64,000 nucleotides of DNA from the NCBI GenBank assembly GCA_963422645.2, contig CAXXVO010000009.1:160001-224000 (forward strand). The letters are read 5' to 3'. Within the stretch, counting starts at the first letter, position 1, and every line of letters begins with the position of its first letter. The notes under the pieces are model-generated. The model did no database searches, was not told the DNA's origin, and saw only the letters and a program-made list of their open reading frames with translations. This DNA is from Alphaproteobacteria bacterium (GTDB lineage Bacteria; Pseudomonadota; Alphaproteobacteria; UBA828). Positions 21,291 through 31,513 of the stretch are shown here, piece after piece. Both the position numbers and the translations under genes were made by a program.

Positions 21291-22008
21291 TCTCCACCAG
21301 AACCGGGCGCGCTCCGAAGCGCGCCTCCCAGTCGCCGGGCAGCTGGCGCAGCGCCATCGACAGCGCTTTCGACGCCAGGTTGTCGACCCGGACCCAGGGA
21401 AAGATCAGGAAACGCGTGTGACCCACGACCAGATCGAGGTGCTTGCGGAAGCCTTCCGCCGGCCACCCGATCCACTCGTCGCGGCAGGGCAGCGTGCGCG
21501 ACGCCCGGGCAAACAGAAGGCAGCCCAGAGGCCGCCCGTGGCGGTCCAGGAGAAAATAGCGCAGATGCGCGCCGACCAGACGATGCAGCCCGAGATAGTG
21601 GTGGCGCGCGACGAACTCGTTCCACAGCCCGCCCTCCTCCTTGCCCGCCGCAATCGACAGGCGCAGCGGCATCAGCGCGGCCAGGTCCTCCGCGATCGCC
21701 GCGGCCGGCGCCGTCCGCTCGCTCCGGGCCATCGCCTCCTGCGGCCCCCGCACCTGCGCCTCGTCCCGCGCCGGCAGGGTCAGGATGCCCAGCCGCTCCA
21801 ACTCCTCCAGCATCCGCAGGCAGACCGCGACACGGTTCCGCCCGCTCGGCGCGCGCCAGTTCAAATGCTCGCAGATCGTGTGCCCGAGCTCGTTGCGGCT
21901 GATCGCCGGAAACAGCGCCACCGTCTCCTGGATGTCGGCAATCTGCCGGCGGGTCAGACGTCTGCCGAAAAAGGTCGTCGACTTCAGCGCGGTGATGCGG
22001 GGGTCCAT
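21291..22008 (-). pseudogene. 5' part of the DUF4338-IS4 transposase fusion (DUF4338/DruA-like domain)
   Basis: LWNEFVARHHYLG, RDEWIGW, RFLIFPWVRVDNLAS, W..RFGARPVLVE. Confidence 0.85.
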
Positions 22009-22039
22009 GGGCCGGCTCCACTGACAGGGGGACAGCCAC

Positions 22040-22068
22040 AGTGTGCCAAAGCACACGCCGCCGGTCAA
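22040..22068 (-). promoter_or_regulatory. Putative sigma70 promoter of the IS4 fusion gene
   Basis: Minus strand TTGACC-N17-CACACT, about 30 bp upstream of ATG 22008. Confidence 0.45.
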
Positions 22069-22178
22069 TCCCCCTCGTGCGGGAAACGCCGAGACCGACA
22101 ATCCACACAAGAAATCAACTCGTTACGACACCACCAAAAAAACCCCGGAACAATCTTCGCGCCAAATGAATGCCATTG

Positions 22179-22692
22179 GGTATCGGCCCCCAGAGCCACG
22201 CCATCGGTGCCCCGGAAGTTGTCGATGCGGCCGGAGATCATGTAGTCGACGTCCGGAGTGTTCGGGTCCACGCCATCGCTCGCCTTGTCGAAACCCGCTG
22301 TGCGAGACGTCAGCCGTTCCGGCTCCGAGTGTCTGGCTCGACCACGTCGCGACGATCGTGTCGGCACTGTTCGTGAGGGTGACCGTGCAGTCGTAATCGC
22401 TGTCGCACATGAACGTCACGCCCGCCCGCTCCGCGGTCATGCCGGCGGTAATCGGCACGTCGGTGGTGTCGCCGTTGAGCGGCAACGCCTCCAACAGCGC
22501 CGCGTGTTGCAAGGCCGTCAACATGATGTCCCCCGAGGCGGGCACGGGCACGGGCTCCATGGGCTCCATGGGCTCGACCATCGGCTCTGCCGGGTCGTCC
22601 CCACCACTGTGGACACAGCCGTACATGACGGCGGTGAGGGCGACGATCGAGCACGCCGCCATCAAACTGCGAGTCAGCTTCGTCTTTTTCAT
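22179..22692 (-). pseudogene. N-terminal part of the surface lipoprotein, with a frameshift or internal deletion near 22305
   Basis: Signal peptide with lipobox-like MYG-C and a Pro/Glu linker (EPMEPMEP). The frame switches at ADVS / TAGFDK. Confidence 0.7.
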
Positions 22693-23262
22693 GGCTCCGA
22701 GGCTCTCCTTTGAAGAGGCCTCAATCTATAGGTCCCTCCCGAGGCCGACCTTCTATTGTTCTATCGCGCCAATCCCACGCCGGAATGCACACCAGTGTAT
22801 TAACTCGCCGTTTTCGCGACTCTTTTTAGCCTCCCCGCCGTGACGACCCTGGAGCTTTCGCACCACAAACACGCCCTCGAACGCACTTCGACATGATGAC
22901 GGTCGCTTGCGTAATGATGACGGCAGTACTGCGTTCAACCTCTGTTGGTTTCCTTCAACGACCGCTCCCTTCACCCGGGAGCGCTCCCACCCCTATGCCC
23001 TGCGGGCATAAATTTTGCCCAAATCGGCATTTTCATTTTTTCCCATAAGCCACTAATCGGCACGGTCCTGCTCGTGGCGCAGCCGGCTTCCTCGGCCGGC
23101 TAGCAGGACATCGGCGGACATTGCGTCAGAGACGTCACGGATCCCGCCGGTGAGACCGATGCGGCGCCGGCTTCGTTTGCGTAGCCGCAATGACCGGCGC
23201 CGCGCGCCCGATCCGTCCGCGCCACCGCATCCGCATCTCGACAATGCCGGGGCCAGCACGCC

Positions 23263-24444
23263 ATGACCAAACGCACCGACCTCACCATCTCCAAGCGAAC
23301 CGTCGACTCGCTTTCCGCCGAAACTCGGGACACGGTCTACTGGGATCGTGACCTGCCCGGCTTCGGCGTCCGCGTCTACCCCTCAGGACGAAAGGTCTAC
23401 GTCGTCCAGTCTCGCGCGCGGGGCGCGCCCAAGCGTGTCTCCCTGGGCCGCCATGGCGAGATCACTCCGGATCAGGCGCGCAAGGAGGCCGCTGTCGTGA
23501 TCGACCGCATCAAGAGGGGCATGGACCCGATGAACCCGCCGCCTGCGCCCGAGATCACCGTCGCCGATCTCGCCGAGCGATACATGAGTGGCCATGTGGC
23601 CCTGAACTGCAACGCCCACACCGCCGGCATCTATCGGGGCTCGCTTGAGAACCACATCCTGCCGGCTCTCGGCGCGATGCCGATCAGCGCGGTCGACGGC
23701 GGGCATGTGTCGGCGCTGCACTACGGGATGCGCGACACCCCCCGTGCCGCCAACCGGGCGCTTATGATCCTGAAGAATATGTTCTCCCTGGCGGTGGCCT
23801 GGGGCCTAGCACCAGAGGGCAGCAACCCCTGCCGGGCGGTGCGCAAATACAAGGAGCGCAAGCGCGAGCGCTTCCTGACGGTGGAGGAGTATCGTCGACT
23901 GGGCCGGGCGCTTACCGAGGCCGAAGCGAATGGCACGGTCTCGCCCTACGCGGTGGCGGCGCTACGTCTGCTGATGCTGACCGGGTGCCGACTGACCGAG
24001 GTCCTTACCCTGCGATGGGACGATGTGGACCGGACGGCGGGGGAGTTCCGGCTGCGTGCCGGCAAGACCGGGGCGCGCATGGTGCCGCTGACGCCTACCG
24101 CCGAGCGGGTGCTGGCGGGCATCCTCAGCGTTCCGGGCAACCCTTGGGTGATCGTAGGCAAGACACCTGGGGTCCGTCTGTCGAGCCTGACCCGGGAGTG
24201 GTATCGGCTTCGGGCGCTGGCCGGGCTTGAGGACGTGCGCATCCACGACTTGCGGCATTCCTTCGCCAGCCGCGCGCTGGCGCTGGGCGAGAGCTTGAGC
24301 ATGATCGGCGGGCTGCTCGGCCATGCGGGCCTGGAGAGCACGGCGCGCTACGCCCATCTGGCGCGGGACACGGAGAGGGCTTCGGCGGCCAGGGTCGGCG
24401 CCAGCATCGGCGCCGACATCATGGCGGCGGCCGGCAGGGAATGA
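23263..24444 (+). CDS. Tyrosine integrase with Arm-DNA-binding domain, copy A
   Basis: WDRDLPGFGVRV, TGCR, KTG, HDLRHSFAS, LLGH, TARYAH. Confidence 0.92.
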   Translation: MTKRTDLTISKRTVDSLSAETRDTVYWDRDLPGFGVRVYPSGRKVYVVQSRARGAPKRVSLGRHGEITPDQARKEAAVVIDRIKRGMDPMNPPPAPEITVADLAERYMSGHVALNCNAHTAGIYRGSLENHILPALGAMPISAVDGGHVSALHYGMRDTPRAANRALMILKNMFSLAVAWGLAPEGSNPCRAVRKYKERKRERFLTVEEYRRLGRALTEAEANGTVSPYAVAALRLLMLTGCRLTEVLTLRWDDVDRTAGEFRLRAGKTGARMVPLTPTAERVLAGILSVPGNPWVIVGKTPGVRLSSLTREWYRLRALAGLEDVRIHDLRHSFASRALALGESLSMIGGLLGHAGLESTARYAHLARDTERASAARVGASIGADIMAAAGRE

Positions 24445-25700
24445 GGCCGGTTGGGGTGGCGAGGTTGCAAGGGCGGTCGATCACGCAGCGCACGGTCGAG
24501 GCGCTATGGGTGGCAAAGGACACTGTGTTCTGGGACGCCGCGCTGCCTGGATTCGGGGTGCGGGCTTATCCGTCGGGGTCCAGGTATTACATGGTGCAAG
24601 CGAGAGGGCCGGATGGTTCGAAGAGGGTGACGCTGGGCCGTCACGGAGTAATCACCGCCGATGAGGCGCGCCGGCGGGCGGCGGTGATCATCGCCCGCAT
24701 CAAGGCGGGCGATGACCCCATTGCCTCGCCGACCGTGGCGACGCCTGGAGACGAGGCGACGGTGGCGGCTGTCGCGGCGCGTTATCTGCGCGAGCATGTG
24801 GCGGTACGCTGCAAGCCGACGACGGCGGCTGAATACAGGCGGGTGGTCGACATGCACCTCGTGCCGGCGCTCGGAGAGCTGGCGATCACGGCGGTCGGGC
24901 GGACGCATGTTGCCGACCTGCACTACGGGCTGCGCGACCGGCCGTCTACGGCGAACCTGGTCGTCGCGACCCTGTCGCGACTCATCGAGGCAGCGGCGGC
25001 CTGGGGAGTGGCGCCGGCAGGGAGCAACCCGTGCCGACACGTGCGGAAGTACCGGGTGGGCAGGCGGGAGCGGTTCCTGACGGACGCGGAGTTCCGTCGG
25101 CTCGGTCGGGTGCTGAGTGACTTGGAAGCCGAGGGGCGTGTGACGACGCATGCGGCGGCGGCGATCCGCCTGCTGATGCTGACCGGGTGCCGGCGCAACG
25201 AGATCCTGACCCTGCGTTGGGAGGACGTGGACCTGGAAGCGAAGGAGCTTCGGTTGCCAGACAGCAAGACGGGTCCTCGAGTGGTTTCCCTGTCGCCGGC
25301 GGCGGCGGCGGTTCTGGCGGCACTGCCGCGCGTTGCCGGCAATCCCTGGGTGATCCCCGGCCGCAAGCCTGGCGCGCGGCTGTCGGACATCTCCAAGCAC
25401 TGGTCCCGAGCGCGAAGGCGTGCGGGTCTTGAGGACGTGCGCATTCATGACCTGCGCCACTCCTTCGCCAGCCGTGCGCTGGCGCTCGGTGAGAGCCTTC
25501 CGGTGATTGCCAGACTGTTGGGGCACGCCCAGGTTCAGACCACGGCGCGCTATGCACATCTGGCGCGGGACTCGGTCAAGGCGTCGGCGGCCCGTGTCGC
25601 GGCCAGCATCGGGGAGGATATCCTGCCTGCGGACTTCGGGCTGGATGCCGCCCCGGCGCCGATCGGGTCCGATGCCGTCTCTCCGGGCCGAGGGCTGTGA
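24441..25700 (+). CDS. Tyrosine integrase with Arm-DNA-binding domain, copy B
   Basis: Same catalytic R-K-H-R-H-Y motifs; ATGA overlap with copy A. Confidence 0.92.
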   Translation: MRPVGVARLQGRSITQRTVEALWVAKDTVFWDAALPGFGVRAYPSGSRYYMVQARGPDGSKRVTLGRHGVITADEARRRAAVIIARIKAGDDPIASPTVATPGDEATVAAVAARYLREHVAVRCKPTTAAEYRRVVDMHLVPALGELAITAVGRTHVADLHYGLRDRPSTANLVVATLSRLIEAAAAWGVAPAGSNPCRHVRKYRVGRRERFLTDAEFRRLGRVLSDLEAEGRVTTHAAAAIRLLMLTGCRRNEILTLRWEDVDLEAKELRLPDSKTGPRVVSLSPAAAAVLAALPRVAGNPWVIPGRKPGARLSDISKHWSRARRRAGLEDVRIHDLRHSFASRALALGESLPVIARLLGHAQVQTTARYAHLARDSVKASAARVAASIGEDILPADFGLDAAPAPIGSDAVSPGRGL

Positions 25701-25719
25701 GGGCCGGGCTGTGAGATTC

Positions 25720-27260
25720 TATGGGGTGGGCGACGAGGTTGCATCACGTCGCCTTCGACTGACCTGAAGAAGGAGACCGCCCCATGTCTGGAACGAATGA
25801 CCTGAGCCGCTCGCCCGTCGCCCTGGACGAGGGTAGCACGTTGATCGTGGTGGTCGAGATGAGCCAGTCGAGCTGGCTCGTCGCCGGCCTGCTGCCCGGC
25901 ATCGGGCGCCGCCCGCTGAAGAAGCTCTGGCGGTCGACGAGGACGCGCTGTTGTCGCTTCTGCAGCGTTGGCGGGATGAAGCGGCGAAGGCGGGGCACCC
26001 GATCAAGCGCATCTGCGTGGCCTACGAAGCCGGGCGCGACGGCTTCTGGCTGGCGCGCTGGCTGCGAGCGCGGGGGATCGAGGCCTATGTGATGCACGCG
26101 AGCAGCATCCCGGTGAAGCGGGAGCACCGCCGCGCCAAGACGGACCGGCTGGACTGCCGCCTGCTGAAGCGCGCCTTTGTGGGCTGGCTTCGCGGCGAGG
26201 CCGAGCATTGCTGCATGGTAGCGATCCCCTCGCCTGCGCAGGAGGACGCCCGCCGCGCGCATCGCGAACGCGAGAGCCTGGTGGGCGAGCGCACGCGGGT
26301 GGTGAACCGGATGAAGGCGACGCTGGTCCGGCTCGGCATCCGAGGCTTCAATCCAGCGCTTCGCAAGGCGCCGGAGCGTCTCGAGGGTCTGCGCACGCCG
26401 GAGGGCGCGGCGATCCCGCCCAACACGATGGCCGAGCTGCGCCGGGCCATGGCGCGGCTTCGCTTCGTGACCGAGCAGATCAGGGAGATCGAGACGGCAC
26501 GGCTGGAGCGGCTGGCGCGGGCGCCGGGCGAGCGCCATCACGCGATGGTCCGGCAGCTGTCCCGGATCCACGGTCTCGGCATCGAGACGGCGGACATGCT
26601 GGTCGCAGAGGTGCTGTCGCGCGACATCCCCAACCGGCGGGCGCTGGCGCGCTATGGCGGGCTGACCGGCGCGCCGGACGAGAGCGGCAAGCGACGACGG
26701 GAGAAGGGCCTGGCACGGGCCGGCAACGCCCGCGTGCGGCGCGCCATGATCCAGCTCGCCTGGCGCTTCCTCAGCTTCCAGAAGGACAGCGCGTTGGCGC
26801 ACTGGTATGAGCAGCGCACCGCCGGCGGGCGCAGCGACGTGCGCAAGACCATGATCGTGGCGCTCGCGCGCAAGCTGCTGATCGCCTTGTGGCGCTTCGT
26901 CGCCCAAGGCGTCGTGCCGGACGGCGTCGTCTTCAAGGGCGCCGCATGAGCGCTGCCCCCACCACAGGCCGGCCGGGCACGAGCTGCCCCGTCCGGCCGT
27001 GAGCGATCCGAGGTGGCGGCACCCCGCCCCGGCCCTTGGCCCTCGTGCCGCAGGAGAGAATGGGCCCGCCGCCTCGGAGCTCGGCCGCCGATGCGTATCA
27101 CTGCATCATGGTCCGGGTCGCAGACGACCCAACCGAATACAAGGGTGCGGCGCCCAAGCGGCGCCCGCGGCAGAGCTCCCCTCGGATCAGACGCCCGAAA
27201 CCCACACCGATGCCTAAACCCAGGAGCACACATCGATCCGCTTGACAAAAAATCCCCATA
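25720..27260 (+). mobile_element. IS110-family (IS1111-like) element
   Basis: Short IRs TATGGGG / CCCCATA, TTGACA near the right end, about 310 bp non-coding downstream of the transposase. Exact ends uncertain. Confidence 0.75.
25784..26949 (+). pseudogene. IS110 transposase, frameshifted near 25925
   Basis: VVEMSQSSW, YEAG, RAKTDRLD, GLTGAPDESG, GNARVR, VALARKL. An extra CT in AAGCTCTGGCG breaks KKLAVDEDAL. Confidence 0.85.
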
Positions 27261-27591
27261 AAAGGGCCGGGCGGTGGAGCGGCGCATCATGGGGCGGCAA
27301 GCACTGCGCTATATGTTAAGGAGACACCAGCGGCCCGGAGCAGTAGCCGGCGGGTGCGGTCGAGACGGTCGGTTTGGCGGGATCGCTTCTGAGCACCGGG
27401 TCATCGCCATCCGGCGCGGCAGGGCCTGGGTGCTTGACCACCCGCGATGCAGTGGATCGCCTCCGGCGCCGATCGACACCTTAGGGTCTTGCGGGGACAC
27501 CCCGATTGGACGAGCACATGGACCCGCCGGGCAACCGGCTCCGGGTTATGCGGCGCGATGTGCTTTGACCGGCGGTGTACGAGGGATTTCC

Positions 27592-29480
27592 GTAACTGCC
27601 CAGGTCGTCTGATTTGTCATTTTGGGCCAGTGGATTGAGGCGTTTCTCGTTCGGAGTTGGTGGAAAGGGCTTGACGGGAATTTCGGGAAATGACTCAACA
27701 ACGACATGAGCAATCCCGAGTCGCCGCGCGGCCCTTCGACGGGAGCAGCGCCCGAAACGCCCGCGCAGAAGATCGCCCGCCTGGAGGAGGAGAACGCCCG
27801 GCTTCGGGAGGAAAATGCCTGGCTTCGGCAGCAGAACGCGCGGCTGGAAGAGCAAGTCGCGCGTCTCGTCGAGCGCATCGAGGAGTTGGAGCGCCGTCTC
27901 GGCCTCAACAGCGGCAACAGCGGCAAGCCGCCTTCGAGCGATGGGCTGAGGAAGCCGAATTCGAAGCGGCGAACCCGAAGCCTGCGCGGCAAATCGGGCC
28001 GCAAGCCCGGTGGCCAGCCCGGCCACAAGGGCAAGACGCTGCGCCGCGCCGATCACCCGGATCGGGTGAAGGATCACGTCCCGGCTTCCTGCAAGGGATG
28101 CGGTTCGCCGCTTTCGGACGCGGCCAGGGCGGGAACGCCCGTCGCCCGCCAGGTGTTCGATCTGCCCGAGCCGAGCCCCCTGGAGGTGACCGAGCACCGG
28201 GCGCATGCCAAGTGCTGCGGGCATTGCGGGACGGTGACCCGGGCGGCGTTCCCCGACGGGGTGTCGGCGCCGGTGCAGTACGGCCCGCGCATTGCCGGGG
28301 TGGCGGTCTACCTTCAGCACGCTCACTTCCTGCCGGAGGATCGGCTGTCGCAGGTGATGGCCGAGCTCTTCGGCGCGCCGGTGACGGCTGCGACGTTGGC
28401 GACGATGAGCGAGAGGGCGGCCGAGCGGCTTGCGGGACGCGGCCTTGCACATACAGGACCTGGCGGCGGGCACGGCGCGGGTGAAACACATGGACGAGAC
28501 CGGCTTGCGGATCGGCGGTCAGACGCAGTGGCTTCATGTGATCTGCACGCCGCTGCTGGCGGCGTACCGGGTCAGCGGCAAGCGCGGCGCCCTGCTCTCG
28601 GGTGTCTCCGGCATCGTCGTGCACGATCACTGGAAGCCGTACTTCGCGATGGAAGGGGTGGAGCACGGCCTGTGCAACGCCCATCACCTGCGGGAGTTGC
28701 AGGCGCTGGTGGACATCGAAGGGGAGGCTTGGGCCCGGCGGATGCAGCAGCTCCTGCGCCGAGCCAATCACGCCGCCCGCATCGCGCTGGACAAGGATAT
28801 CGCCGTTCCGGCGAGGCTTGTGGCGCTGATCGAGCGCCGATACGACGAGATCATCGCCGATGCGCTGGCCTTTCACGAGAGCCAACCACCGTTCTCGCCT
28901 GGCAAGAGGAAGAAGCGCCGGAAGCGAAGGATCGGTCACAATCTGGCCTTGAGGCTGCGCGACCACAAATGCGCGGTGCTCCGGTTCCTGATCGACCTCG
29001 AGGTCGGGTTCACGAACAACGAGGCCGAGCGCGACCTTCGGATGATGAAGCTGCGCCAGAAGATCTCCGGGGGCTTCCGGTCCGCGCAGGGGGCCGAGAA
29101 CTTCGCCATCCTGCGCAGCGTCATCACCACCGCCAGAAAGCAGGGCTGGAATATCATCGAAGCCCTGACCAGCCCATCGGATCGGCTCATCGCCACCGTC
29201 AAGTGCGCGTAAGCTCACCTGGCACGGGTTCTCCAACAGCGGAGCCATTCTCATAAACGATCATGGTCGACGCCGTGCTGGACCACCCCATAGAATGAAA
29301 ATCGGTGCCCGTCGCGCGGGCGGACTTCGGGCCACATCGGGGTAGCTTACCGGTCGCAGTCCGCAAGAGGGGCATCGTGAGCTGTGAAACCCGGCGACCC
29401 CAGAGGAGCACACGGGCGTCGCGTGGGTAGCGTTGTGCCGAATCCCAGAGAATTTTCACAGCAAGAACCTGGGCGGTTAC
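27592..29480 (+). mobile_element. IS66-family element (single-ORF type)
   Basis: TIRs GTAACTGCCCAGG / CCTGGGCGGTTAC; 8-bp TSD GGATTTCC at 27584-27591 and 29481-29488. Confidence 0.93.
27706..29212 (+). pseudogene. IS66 TnpC transposase, frameshifted near 28435
   Basis: Coiled coil + NSGKPPSSD, GGQPGHKG, Zn finger, then in a second frame DETG, CNAHHLREL, TNNEAERDLR. Confidence 0.88.
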
Positions 29481-30105
29481 GGATTTCCTTGCGGCAAATT
29501 TGCGGAGGGCCTTGATTTTTGGGCTTGCATTGGCGGCTTGCTTGTGGCGTGCTTGTTGGACGGCACACTGGACGGCAAGGAGGATGCCGTAAGGATGTGC
29601 ATGGAGGCTGCGGCGACACGGGGCGGAGACCCTGGACGGCCTTGGGTGGGTTCCATGGTTTCCCGGCATGACGGGCGGCGGAGACTGTCTGCTATGGTTC
29701 GGGGTATCTCTGGGAAGGACCTCTTGGAGGTACTGTGTTGATTTGCAACGCTATGGACATTGCCCGAGTCGTTATGTACGCTGGCGGTTGGAGTTCAACA
29801 ATGCGAGGCCTCCGGGCGAGGCCTCTTCAAAGGAGAGCCTCGGGGTAGGGAATAAGGTACGCCCCGTGATTTCCAAGTGAAGTCAGCCACTTAGCCACAG
29901 AATCCACCCCTCTCATCGGCCCCCGGAATCGCCCGCCGTAATCACTGCGCAAGCGAGTGAATTCCAACTCCAGCGTAGCCCAGCGTACGCCTGTCGTGCC
30001 GAACCCGCTTCGCAAACCCGGAATGTAAGCGTTCCGAGAAGCCGTGGAGCGGGGCCTGCGCTTAGCGGCACGCCAACGTGCGGCCGATCATGACCGAGTG
30101 AGATT

Positions 30106-30987
30106 CTAACGGTTCAGGGCACGTTTCCAATCCCGTCGCAGAGGCCTTAGCCAGATGTCTTTCCTGGGTTTGTCGTAGAGCTTGTCCCGGTCGTAGCGCC
30201 CACGCCCCTGGGTGGTCCCGACGGGGATCCAGCCCGAGGCCCTGTAGACGGCGCCGGTGTAGCGCGGGGTCTCGACGAAGGTCTCGATGAGCACGGGCGT
30301 GGTGTTGTAGCGCTCGGTCCAGTCCTCAGGCAGGCGGCGGCGCACGAGAGCCAGGATGTGTGAGCCGAGGTTGGGAATCTCGATCCACGGCAGAATCAGG
30401 AACCTGGGGTTGTCCACCACCAGGGGGAGGTTCTTCTCGCGCTTCTGCGCCGTCCATCCGATGAAGTTGTCGCGCGGGGCGAGCTTCCAGGCGGCGGTGG
30501 AGAAGCCAAGCATGGCCAGCGGCCAGCCGTTGCGATCATGGACGGCGTAGCGCATCTGGGCGCCGACCAGGGTCTTGTATCCGAGGTAGTGGTAGCGGGC
30601 GACGAACTCGTTCCACAGCTTGCCCTCGCGCGTCTCGCGCACGACGGTGCGCAGGTCGAGCGGGCGGACCTCGCCGAGGGTGGTCGGTGCCGGGAACAAC
30701 GGCGGCTCGGTTTCCGGTCCGAAGACGATGGGTCTGGGCCGGTGCTTCCGCCCCCTCGGCGGCGGCAGGGCGATCACGCCGTCGCGGTCCATGGCGAGCA
30801 TGGTGACCCGGGCCATCATGTCCTTGAGGCCGCCGTCGGGCTTGAACCAGCCGATGCGCCGGCAGAACTCTCTCGACAGGGCCGCTCGGGTGGGCTGCGG
30901 ATCGGTGGCGATCAGGGCGCGCAGCAGCGCCATCTCATCGGCGGTGAAGTCGCGTCCGTAGTAGCGGCACTCGACGGCGCCGCTCAT
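30106..30987 (-). CDS. Stand-alone DUF4338 (DruA-like) protein
   Basis: LWNEFVARYHYLGY, RDNFIGW, RFLILPW..IPNLGS, ETFVE...GAVYRASGW..VGTTQGRGR. Its ATG overlaps the TnpC stop (ATGA). Confidence 0.85.
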   Translation of the reverse strand: MSGAVECRYYGRDFTADEMALLRALIATDPQPTRAALSREFCRRIGWFKPDGGLKDMMARVTMLAMDRDGVIALPPPRGRKHRPRPIVFGPETEPPLFPAPTTLGEVRPLDLRTVVRETREGKLWNEFVARYHYLGYKTLVGAQMRYAVHDRNGWPLAMLGFSTAAWKLAPRDNFIGWTAQKREKNLPLVVDNPRFLILPWIEIPNLGSHILALVRRRLPEDWTERYNTTPVLIETFVETPRYTGAVYRASGWIPVGTTQGRGRYDRDKLYDKPRKDIWLRPLRRDWKRALNR

Positions 30988-31406
30988 TTCGGCGCCATGA
31001 ACTCGCGCTTGCGCTCCTCGCTCATCGACCATGGCAGCCACGGCTCGAGGTCCTCGGGCGGCTGTCGACCGTTCTCGGCGCAGGCCTTCAACCACGCCTC
31101 CAGCCAGCGCAGCACGTCAATGCCGTTCATCGAGAGCGTGCCGACGACCGAGTACATCATCGCCGTGAACTCGGCACCCTTCTCGCTGTCGGAACCGAAG
31201 CTGAGCCCCCGCCCTATTGCCGGAGCGCGCAAGACCCTCTCGGCAAAATTATTCGTCAGAGGCACTTGCGGGTGGTCGACGAAGACGCACAGCCCCTCGC
31301 GATGGTTGAGAAGCGAGCGCAGTGCCTTGCCTTCGCGCGCGTGCTCCGGCAGAGCGGCCAGCTCTGCCTTGGCGTGAGCAAACAGGCTGTCGAGCGCCTT
31401 CTTCAG
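30984..31406 (-). pseudogene. IS66 TnpC C-terminal fragment
   Basis: PLTNNFAERVLR...FGSDSEKGA...YSVVGT...WLPW. Confidence 0.8.
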
Positions 31407-31513
31407 TGTTGTTAAGCGTGGAAAAGTGACCCCCTATTGGGGGTGATCGGCGTCCAAAATTGACCCCCTTGGATTTGTGTCCATGAACACACCTCGTCGT
31501 TTGGACGGACGGG

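Larger units (their letters stand above)
16880..22178 (-). mobile_element. IS4-family element with a DUF4338-fused transposase (about 2.47 kb without its nested insert)
   Basis: TIRs CAATGGCATTCACTTAGCG / CGCCAAATGAATGCCATTG; 10-bp TSD GGTATCGGCC at 16870-16879 and 22179-22188. Confidence 0.92.
30025..31406 (-). mobile_element. Truncated IS66 element (3' part) carrying a DUF4338 gene
   Basis: IS66-type end GTAAGCG at 30025; the TnpC C-terminus is cut by IS21 copy 2. Confidence 0.75.

Noticed and set aside
29489-30024. Short ORFs between the IS66 elements
   Set aside because: No recognisable motifs or convincing RBS; probably degraded intergenic sequence.
16970-30987. Druantia defence system
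   Set aside because: Only DUF4338 domains are present, both inside IS elements; there is no DruE helicase or other dru gene.
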